Source: Balanoglossus misakiensis (lineage: Eukaryota > Animalia > Hemichordata). From it: a DNA stretch of 64,000 nucleotides. Positions 36,909 to 45,689 of the stretch are shown here, piece by piece. A program made the translations under genes and the position numbers. Where the stretch lies: positions 16,685,903 through 16,749,902 of the forward strand of contig CM082577.2 of assembly GCA_040954595.2 (NCBI GenBank), written 5' to 3'. Each line of letters begins with the position of its first letter. Positions within the stretch are counted from its first letter, which is position 1. Under the pieces are notes generated by a model. It worked only from the letters and a program-made list of their open reading frames with translations, did not search any database and had not been told where the DNA came from.

Positions 36909-38490
36909 AACACTTGTCGCATTGGATCATTGGGCTGCCATCGTTCGGTCCCCGACAAATGCAGTACTGGTCATTCCCTGGGCTTTCGGTTTCCCCCGTG
37001 TCGTTGGCTATGTTTGCCTGGTGCCTAACGATCCACTGGGGTAAGACCCGATCCCTACATAGTTTGATCCTGTCATGGTGCACAGTCATCTCTGCCCTTT
37101 TCAACCTCACTTTGTACAGGTATGGGGAGAATTTCCCAATGATCACGGCTGGGCCCTTCCAGGGGGGACTTAGCTTGCGACATTTCCCTTTTGTGGTGGC
37201 GGTATCCAAAATGTATACACAATCCCCCACCCCATAAGCTTTGGTGTGTGTTCTCAAATCATAGTCCCTTTTCATTCGTTCCTGGGTGGCCCTTAAGGTA
37301 TTACGGGCGGTTTCATGGGCCTTGCTGATTGCTCTCTCCAATTCCCTAACATACCCCTCGGCCCTTTCCCCTTCATTGGAAAACTCATCAGTGCTGTCTC
37401 TCCCCTGCCCTGTGGTCACCCCAAACACCAGATCTGCTGGCAAGTTAAGTTCCCTTCCCAACATTAAACGGTTTGGTGTGTACCCTGTACTACGATTCAC
37501 TGATGCGCGCATTGCCCCTGCTAGCTGGGGTAGGTGTACATCCCACTCGCGCTGATTTCCAATGAAGCAACGCACTGCGTCCATGAGCGTACGGTTATTT
37601 CGTTCCGCCTGGCCATTCACGGACGGTCTATAGGGGGTCGTTCTGCATTTGTGAATACGCAACAGCTCGCAAATCGCTACAAAAAGTTGGCTTTCGAAAT
37701 TACGCCCCTGGTCGGTAAAGATCTCGAAAGGGTACCCGAAGCGCGCAAAGAATTCATTCACTGCTGCCTGGGCGGTGACCTCCGCTGTTTGTGACGGTAG
37801 TGGGATACACTCCACCCATTTTGAGAACTGATCGACCATCATCAGGACGTATTCGTTCCCCCCTTGTGTCTTGGGGAGGGGCCCGAGAAAGTCCAGATGG
37901 ACTCGCTCCATGGGAGAACCTGCATGGAAACTTTTCATTTCTGCCCTGCCATACCGGTGGGTTTTCTTGTTCTGACTACACTCTGAGCATGTGGCCACAA
38001 AATCCTTCACTTCCTCCTGCATTTTGTACCAGACGTACTTCTGTCTTATTCTGGACAAGGTCCGTTTGACACCTTGATGTCCGGCAGAGGGGATAGTGTG
38101 ATTTAAGTCTATGACCTCCTCTTTCATGTCTCGGGGGACCACAAATAATTTGTGGCCTGAGTCAATTTCCTCCCTCCATAGGACTCCATCAATCACACAG
38201 AACAATTCCCGGTTCACCCAATAATTCTTGGCGGCTGGGCTTGATAGCATAAGTTTCCCTTCTAGGGGTTCTTTCCCTGTCTCTACCCAATATAATAAAT
38301 CGCTAAGGTCTGGGTCTTTTTGTTGCATTTCCCGGAATTCGGCCATGCTTACCCCGACGATAGCGGTGCCCTCCTGCTTTTCACTAGCACGCGTTACTAC
38401 ATATGCTTTGGGCTTCCCCTGTCCTCTATCCCAACCCTGTTCAATATCAATGTGGGATTGAGGGGCTTCCAACCAATTTCCCTCATGCAC
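36817..38490 (-). CDS. Gypsy integrase with C-terminal PHD finger
   Basis: HHCC (H..GH..CSEC), HLDFLGP, TDQGRNF, AERNNR, WKGP, then [29 protein letters not shown]...YFCPQC. Confidence 0.93.
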   Translation of the reverse strand: [557 protein letters not shown]

Positions 38491-38802
38491 ATTTTGGCCC
38501 TCGTATGACTCGCCTGGGTCCCAGGGCCAGGGTGGACAGTCACACCCCTGGGGAATTGGTGCGTCCCGGCCTGGGGATAAGGCTTCCCTCGGCGGAGGTT
38601 CTGCCCCTGGTGTGTCGCTGACCGTCTCCCCCTGCCCTAGCTAAGGGGACCACATCGTCTATCTCATCGATGAAAACACTCCATCTCAAGTGGGCCTTCT
38701 CACAGTAGATACAACCCCCACAAGGAAGGTCTTGGGGGCTTATCCCATGGCTGAAATTGGAACATTGCTTGGGGTCTTGCACCCGTGAGAGTGCGTCGGC
38801 AT

Positions 38803-40335
38803 TTACGGTACATGTTTCTTCCCCTGGCGGTGCTCTACCTTCATGTCATATTGACTAAGCTCTTCAAGCCAACGAGCTAACTGTCCCTGGGGTTCCTTGA
38901 AACTAAGCAGCCAAGTCAAACTGCTGTGGTCTGTTCTTAGTAGGAAACGCTTCCCTACCAAATAATGGCGATACTGCCGGGTAAACCTAATTACGGCAAA
39001 CAGCTCTTGTCTAGTAGTGCAATACCGGCGCTGTTCAGGGGTCATGCTCACGCTGCCATACGCCACTACCCGTTCCCTACCATCCTGCACCTGAATTAAT
39101 TCTGCCCCAAGCGCATGATTTGACGCATCGGTATCTAATATGAATGGGTCTTCATCGTTGGGCAAAGTCAGTACTGGTGGCGACATTAGCGCAGTCTTAA
39201 TTTCTTCGAATGCGCGTTGCTGTTCAGGTCCCCATGCGTATGCCTGTTTCCCTGTGATTGCGTATTGGGGGGCGGCCATTTCTGCAAATCCCCTAATGAA
39301 CGAACGATGGTAATTCGCAAGCCCTAGGAAACTCTCGACTTCCCTTGTCTTTGTGGGACGGGGCCATTCTGCAATCGCGCGGATGGAGTCTGCCTCCAGC
39401 TCGATGGAATTTTGCTTTACCCTGCGCCCAAGGAAAGTCACTTCAGTGCAGATCAATTCGCATTTCCTTGGTTTTAACTTGAGCTGATAGTCACGCATGC
39501 GCTGGAAAACACCGCGCAAGTTCTGTAGATGGTGGTCAAAATCGGTCCCTAGTACCATAATGTCGTCCAAAAATGCGAGGACGACATCCCAGGTCAAACC
39601 CCGCAACACTAAATTCATTACCCGTGAGTAAGTGGCTGGGGCATTGCACAACCCAAAGGGCATTCTAGTTAACTCGAAAAGCCCGTACTTGGTGACAAAT
39701 GCAGTTTTCTTACAATCAGCGCGGTCAACCCTCACCTGCCAATAGGCGGAGTTTGCGTCTAGTTTGGAGAACCAACGGTTTCCGGACAGCGTGTCCATGC
39801 AGTCTTCGATTAACGGAAGAGGGAACACGTCCTTAGCCGTTTGGTTGTTTAACGCGCGGTAGTCTACGCACCAACGCACGCTGCCATCGCGCTTGCGGAC
39901 TAGAACAGGGGCAGATGCCCATTCCGATACGGAGGGCCGAATGACCTTTGCATCAAACATTTTCTTCAAATGCGCTTCTTCCTCGCCTGCGAAACAACGC
40001 GGGGTGCGGCGCATCTTTTGTTTGACGGGTCTCGCGTCCCCAGTGTCAATGCGGTGGCTAAGGGCGGTAAAGTTCCCAAGATCAAACTCATTGGCTGCAA
40101 ACACGTCTTGGTAATCATTCAGCAGCTCTTTGAGTTTGTCTGTCTCCCCCGGACTTAGATTTGTACATGATTTTTGGAACAGGTCCTCTAAATGGCTGGG
40201 TACGTCTGGCTTGTCAGTTTCCCTTTTCCCCAGTGAGGCCTCAACTTTCTGGACAGTGATTTCTTCCGTTGTCCCAGGGGGCCCCACTACCTCGACTTCT
40301 GATGCTGTTGCATACTTTGGGCAACTGTCCCCCAC
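38803..40335 (-). CDS. Gypsy reverse transcriptase / RNase H
   Basis: RWCVDYRALN, MPFGLCNAPAT, FLDD, FLGLANYHR, ILDTDAS, TDHSSL. Confidence 0.95.
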   Translation of the reverse strand: MGDSCPKYATASEVEVVGPPGTTEEITVQKVEASLGKRETDKPDVPSHLEDLFQKSCTNLSPGETDKLKELLNDYQDVFAANEFDLGNFTALSHRIDTGDARPVKQKMRRTPRCFAGEEEAHLKKMFDAKVIRPSVSEWASAPVLVRKRDGSVRWCVDYRALNNQTAKDVFPLPLIEDCMDTLSGNRWFSKLDANSAYWQVRVDRADCKKTAFVTKYGLFELTRMPFGLCNAPATYSRVMNLVLRGLTWDVVLAFLDDIMVLGTDFDHHLQNLRGVFQRMRDYQLKLKPRKCELICTEVTFLGRRVKQNSIELEADSIRAIAEWPRPTKTREVESFLGLANYHRSFIRGFAEMAAPQYAITGKQAYAWGPEQQRAFEEIKTALMSPPVLTLPNDEDPFILDTDASNHALGAELIQVQDGRERVVAYGSVSMTPEQRRYCTTRQELFAVIRFTRQYRHYLVGKRFLLRTDHSSLTWLLSFKEPQGQLARWLEELSQYDMKVEHRQGKKHVP

Positions 40336-41086
40336 AATTGACTGTCCTTGGCACTATCACCCGTAAATTTCCCACTGGCTCGATGATATACTTGGACAAA
40401 GGGCAATCTATCCCACAACGTACCCTTACTACTGAATTTGGGGGAATTCTAGTCTGTTTGGGCAACGTGACCTTTGCCACTTTCTTTTTTGTCCCTTCCC
40501 GACCATAGGTCATGTGTACAACTTCACCCCCAAACCGCAACTGATTTCTTCGCATATCTAGGATCACTCTCCTTGACCGCATAAAGTCTGCCCCTAGCAA
40601 CATGTCATCCCCTATCGGCGCTACATACACGTCCTCTGTGAATTTGGTCTTTCCCAACTTCAGGCGCAAGGGACCTACTTTATGGGCTTTCATTTCCATT
40701 TCCCGCCCTGCAGTTTGCATGATGGTGGTTTTGAGTACTGGGGGGCGGTTCCCAAGACGGCTATAGAGGCGGTCTGAAATGATGGGGACTTCTGCTGCCG
40801 TGTCTACTACTGCCTGTACTTTAATCCCTTCAACTAAAATAGGTACACTATACATAGACCCTGACACTAACTGACATATGGTTATGGGCTGGGTGTCTTC
40901 ACCGCTGGAGGTCTCGTTTGCTGTGGATTCATCAGTGTCCGAATTCGGGGAATCATACTCCTGTTCGTCCACCGACTCCCCCGACGAGCCGTACTGTTCG
41001 TCGGTTCGTGCATCCCTAGGGTGTAGATAGAACCCGTGCCCTTGCAATGTATTGTCAGTGTGGGTATCTAAAGTGGCCTGACACAC
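40241..41086 (-). CDS. Gypsy aspartic protease region
   Basis: AVVDTAAEV and MLLGADFM. Confidence 0.85.
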   Translation of the reverse strand: MCQATLDTHTDNTLQGHGFYLHPRDARTDEQYGSSGESVDEQEYDSPNSDTDESTANETSSGEDTQPITICQLVSGSMYSVPILVEGIKVQAVVDTAAEVPIISDRLYSRLGNRPPVLKTTIMQTAGREMEMKAHKVGPLRLKLGKTKFTEDVYVAPIGDDMLLGADFMRSRRVILDMRRNQLRFGGEVVHMTYGREGTKKKVAKVTLPKQTRIPPNSVVRVRCGIDCPLSKYIIEPVGNLRVIVPRTVNCGGQLPKVCNSIRSRGSGAPWDNGRNHCPES

Positions 41087-41916
41087 TGACCCCCCATTTG
41101 GTCTATGGCTTCTTCCATGGAGGATACACGTTGGTTAGCAACTGAAAGCCCTGCCTCGCGATCGGCGCATCCCTGACAAAACTTCATTATCGCCTGACGG
41201 TCCATAGCGCGCTCCGTCAGTTCAGGGAAAGCGTTTGCCGCGAGGGATAGGAGTCGATCGGCCCATTTTTCGAGTGACTCCCCTTCTTTCTGATGGGACT
41301 GCTGAAATCTCATCTGCACGGTTTCTTGTAGTTCTTGGCGCCCGAAACGCTTTTCAAGCTTACTAATCAGCCGCTGGTAGCTGACATTCCGCTCGCGCCT
41401 GAGTAATGTTGAGTGAAATTCACTGGCGTCGCCGTCTAAGCAAAAACACAAGCAACATTTGCGTTCGCTCTCTGTCCAACCCTGGGCATCCGCGTAGCTG
41501 GTGAATTTATCGAAAAACACGCTCCACTTTCTCTCCCCAGTGTAAACTAACGTTTTGGGCGTATTAAACATCCTAGAGCCGAAGGCGGGCCCTTCCCTAC
41601 CCCCACCTTGCCTCATGCCCGTGAAGGACGTTTCACCATAAGGGTGGCTTGGCTGCACATTCCCATACGTCGGAGTCCAGGTGACATTGGATGGGGCGTA
41701 TGGGCTAGGACTGCTTTCCGCTTGAGAGGGTGGGCCATAGTACGTGGGATAGGGGATCCCCGATACTGGAGGGGCGCCACCACGGTTTTCGGTGGGAAAT
41801 CGCCAATCCCCGCGTTCGTAAGGGCTGGCTGCTGGGAGCGGTGTGGACCCCATCGGATATGGTGGCGGTGGGGTAAAATACCTTGGGAAGTTGTCTGGTG
41901 GATACGGTGGAGACAC
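41068..41916 (-). CDS. Gag (Pro/Tyr-rich region and capsid-like domain)
   Basis: YTGERKWSVFFDKF..GW..L..LDGDA..LEKRFG..F.Q.HQKEGESLEKWADRL. Confidence 0.85.
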   Translation of the reverse strand: MSPPYPPDNFPRYFTPPPPYPMGSTPLPAASPYERGDWRFPTENRGGAPPVSGIPYPTYYGPPSQAESSPSPYAPSNVTWTPTYGNVQPSHPYGETSFTGMRQGGGREGPAFGSRMFNTPKTLVYTGERKWSVFFDKFTSYADAQGWTESERKCCLCFCLDGDASEFHSTLLRRERNVSYQRLISKLEKRFGRQELQETVQMRFQQSHQKEGESLEKWADRLLSLAANAFPELTERAMDRQAIMKFCQGCADREAGLSVANQRVSSMEEAIDQMGGQCVRPL

Positions 41917-42011
41917 CCCAACCTGGTTCCCTGGGTAACGGCTCTGCTCTGTTGTGTGAAAATTATCCCTGTCTCGGGGTGCCCCATAATTTGGTGTTTG
42001 ACCCCTGGGAA

Positions 42012-42677
42012 TTATTGGCTCATGTTCTCCCCTTCCCCTTCCTTTGGGTCTGACCCTTCATGGCCATTATGTGAAAAACGGACCCTACGCTGCAAAGCAC
42101 TTCTGGGTTGGGTTCCAGGACCCCCCTCCCCATAACTGGCTCTACTTGATCCCCTGGGGTACTCGCTTGCTGTGGAAGGGTAACCCCCACTATCCAATTC
42201 TTGACGTTGGCCAATTTTCTCCCTTCCCTCGGGAAATGGGGTTGTCCTGGGCCATGTACTATTCCCCCTTCCATACTCCAGTGATAACTGATCTATTTTG
42301 CTAGCCAGCTCTGAAAGTGGGATTTCCGGTGGCCCCTGAATTTTCCCTGCTTTGCGTGCATTTCTGCGGGACGGTGTCTGCTGGTCCTCATCACTACTGC
42401 TGCTGTAGGTATTTGAGTGGGTCAGGGCTGGAGGAAACTCAGCTTCCCTGATGTCATAGGACACCAATTCGTGAAAGTCAAGTGTGGGCCTGAAACGGGG
42501 GTTTTCCCCTAGGATTTCTTTTGAGACCCTCCCATATCTACTTCTGGCTCTCAAAATTGCCTTTGCCACTTTCTTTCCTACCCCAGGCAAGGTCTTAAGG
42601 GTCATGAAGTCACACGTATTAATATAGACTGGACCTTTGCAGGCCATCGTGACGTGGTCTATTGGCCCCTTAAACAA
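42012..42677 (-). CDS. Gag N-terminal ORF with helix-hairpin-helix motif
   Basis: YINTCDFMTLKTLPGVGKKVAKAILRARSRYG fits a ComEA-type HhH pattern. Confidence 0.75.
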   Translation of the reverse strand: MFKGPIDHVTMACKGPVYINTCDFMTLKTLPGVGKKVAKAILRARSRYGRVSKEILGENPRFRPTLDFHELVSYDIREAEFPPALTHSNTYSSSSDEDQQTPSRRNARKAGKIQGPPEIPLSELASKIDQLSLEYGRGNSTWPRTTPFPEGREKIGQRQELDSGGYPSTASEYPRGSSRASYGEGGPGTQPRSALQRRVRFSHNGHEGSDPKEGEGENMSQ

Positions 42678-43183
42678 ACTAATAATTAACTACACACTCG
42701 ACACAACACGTAGGATTTACACGAGTGAACTCTTTTATTAACAGAAATAATCACCACACACAAAAACTCACTCCCACACAAAAGAAACTTGAATGCTCGC
42801 TAAAGAAAAGTTCTGCGCATGCGCCGAACGCCGCACCCCAAACACGTTTTTCGTAATGAGGACCGGACCCCTCTAGCAATAGAAAGGGACCCTATTCCGC
42901 CCACGCTGCTTTGGGAAAAAACGCAGAAAATTTGTTACAACCGCCTCCCAAACCCCGGTACCTACCCAGCACCGACTCTAAACTTTCCTCAAAAAATCCC
43001 CGCGGTCCCTGAGAGTTTGCCCAGTGTTTTCCTGCCCCGGCTATCCCCGATTTCCCGTTTTTTCCTAGCCCAGAAAAAAACCCACGTCTCACCCGGACGC
43101 AATCGCTGAATTCCGGCCACAAAAACACCACTCTCCCCCGCTTATCACAGAAAACCCGTTTCCCCGCACAAAGTAAGAACACA

Positions 43184-43197
43184 GGCTCGCAGCGCCA
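43184..43197 (-). promoter_or_regulatory. Primer-binding site TGGCGCTGCGAGC (tRNA-Ser-like)
   Basis: Starts with TGG 1 nt after the 5' LTR; complementary to a tRNA end ...GCUCGCAGCGCCA. tRNA identity is recalled, not searched. Confidence 0.8.
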
Positions 43198-43198
43198 A

Positions 43199-43389
43199 TG
43201 TTGTAAAAGCCGATTGCTTACCTTATGGTAAAATAAAGGATACTGAGTTGTAGGTTGGATAGGTAGTTTCTAGGAGCTCAGGTTGAAGCGTGTTGCTTGT
43301 TGCTGCACTCGTAATAGAAAAGGTCAAACTATTTCCGCCCAAGGGGTGAGTGGGGTCGGTGACGTCATGACAGATGTAGATTCACAACA
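43199..43389 (-). repeat. 5' LTR
   Basis: Direct repeat of 33794-33995. Confidence 0.95.
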
Positions 43390-43393
43390 TACT

Positions 43394-44194
43394 GTTTAAT
43401 TCCTAACCTGCCTTTGTACTGATCATGCTTTCATCTAAAGCTAGCTGTCTCTCAGGAGTATAAGCTTCTCTAAACTTCCTGACAACTGCATCGAGTACGG
43501 GCTTTATCTTCTGTAGTTTGTCAAAGTTAGGGTCACTTCGATCGGTGGGTAGGGACTCGTTGTCAACAAAGTGTAGATATCGCAGAATTTGACAGTAAAG
43601 GTCGCGGGGCATGTGTTTTCCAAAAGCTGGGGTCTGCGTTAGCCAATATTCTGACCAATACTCCTTAAAAGATCCTTTCTTATCGACCAAACCCATCGTT
43701 AAAGTGAGACCTAAAAATACCTCCAAATGATCGACAGTTATGGCTTCCCATGAAGACTTCCGGTTGTTTGGATCGCGACGACATTGATCAGCATAGCGGT
43801 TAGTTTCCGTTACTATCTCTGCCACCAGTTCCGGAGTAAAAAACCACCCAAACATATCTTTCGCTGATTTATCATTGAAATCGTAATTTATTCCTGAATC
43901 TTCGTTAAATTCAAAGTCGTCAACTTCAGTTGTGTCACGCGACCACTCAACCGTTTCGTCATCACTACTACTACTATCGGTAGTATTACCTTCGATACTG
44001 CTGTCACTGTCGGACGAAAAATATATCTCGGCTTCATCGTCAGAGTTCCGCCTAATCAGCCTAGCTAACGGTAAATCATCCTCAATGTCAGACTCCGTAT
44101 ATCCTTCAAATTCGGACTTGGAATCAGACGAAAAACAAAAAATATCGGCAATCCTGTTTCCCAGCGCAATGTCATCGTTGTCGCCGGACGCCAT
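43394..44194 (-). pseudogene. piggyBac transposase, N-terminal half
   Basis: IVTETNRYA, ILRYLHFVDN, DKLQKIKPV, LALDESMI. Joins the C-half as KGRLGIKQ-YIKNKP after Gypsy removal and one frameshift. Confidence 0.9.
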
Positions 44195-45689
44195 TTTTAA
44201 AGTTTCATTCATGAAAACTTGGATGAACTTTGGATTCTGACCGCTGACCTGCAGCTGTTCCGGGCGTGAATAGTGATGTACATAATGAATAATGTTTTTG
44301 CCGCCAATCTCTAGACAATTGAATAAGTTAGACCCCCCTATAGGGAATGATGACATCATTACATGAGTCAAAGGTCGATTGCATATATATACGCCTTTGT
44401 GCGCCTGCCGGCAACAAAGGGAGTCTGAAAGGCGGGGCGCCCTCAGGAGCCTACCGGCCGCAAAGGGTTAAAAAAAAATGACAATACTTTCAATTTTACT
44501 GAACGTGCATCCTTAAAGATTGAGAGACCTGCACCAGGATTTGTCAGTTATTCTGTCTGTTTATTCGTATGACCAGACTCATTACCACCTGATATCTTTT
44601 GTTTACTCTCAGTGTTTACCAAGTCCAGCATCTTACAATGCAGATAGTTTCCCAACCGTCTTTTCTAGTAACCGTGTCTAATAGCTGTTTCAACTGTGAG
44701 CAAATAATCTTCTATGTCTTCAGGATCAGTAAGCGAGTCTTATTTGTTGATGCTTTCCAAGAAATCGTCAATAACTGAGCAATTAAGAAAACAAAATTAT
44801 GGTAAAAATATCTAGGTGGTAATTTAATTATCCTCACACCATTAAAAGCACAGTATTCTTTGGTGTACCAGCAAACAGTCAAATACTTAAATGCGATAGA
44901 GGTTTAAATATGGGGAGTTTTGTTATAATCTATTGAAGAATAAAGTGTGTGTGTATGATTGTCTATATGGTATTTCATAATATATAATTTTAAGATATCC
45001 GACTTGGTGGTGTGCGTGTATGCGTGTATGTATACCGTTCTGGCTTCTTCCTGACGCCACTCTCCTAGTTTGACCTTGCAAAAGGAAATTAATTTTGTCA
45101 AAATTCTCATGTTGCCCACAAGTTCGGGTTAAGTCTCTTTCAGCATATCCTGTGATCAGAATTAAATGTAAAACAATCACATTGTATAAAACTTTCTTCA
45201 TTTACTAATTTTAGATGATATTTCACACCATGCTCTGTTACCAAAAATATTTGTGAAAAATAAGAAATGCCAACATGAAATGTTCAGATAAAGACCATAG
45301 CCTTTAGCTCCGGTGTTTGAATTTAAGTGAAGACTTCATGAGAGGTGATATAATTGTTCTTCTTGTCAGCCGTATGTCATATGGATTGTGTGTTGCCGAT
45401 GTTGCGCTGTGGAAAACAGTAAGGATGATGTTTAACAGGATAGTGGAAGTGTGCTTTTCTTGCAAAAGGAAGGTAGGGTGTAAATGTCAGATGTGGTTGA
45501 ATGACAGGCGAGTATGAGGAAAATACAGGGGGCATGTAATTAGTCTGAGAATTGCGAAGCAATATTGTACGGCTGCACGAGGTGTAAATTGATGAAAAAA
45601 GTGTTACAGTGTCAATATCTCTAATAATTTGGTGCATAGGTAAATAATACCGATAATATGTTAGAGGTAAAGTCACAGGTAATGTCCCT

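Larger units (their letters stand above)
33794..43389 (-). mobile_element. Full-length Ty3/Gypsy LTR retrotransposon with an extra TatD cassette
   Basis: Two TGTTGT..ACAACA LTRs, TACT TSD (33790-33793, 43390-43393), PBS, PPT, and gag-PR-RT-RH-IN order. Several frameshifts. Confidence 0.95.
32446..44467 (-). mobile_element. piggyBac transposon interrupted by Gypsy
   Basis: TTAA|CCCTTTATAGCC ... GGCCGCAAAGGG|TTAA, enclosing both halves of the transposase. Confidence 0.85.
32066..44512. mobile_element. Kolobok-like TTAA MITE (parts 32066-32441 and 44472-44512) split by piggyBac
   Basis: TTAA|GGATGTACGCGCAG ... CTGAACGTGCATCC|TTAA; subterminal TATTGTCATTTT / AAAATGACAATA; internal inverted GGGGTCACCGCGCT. 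Confidence 0.65.
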
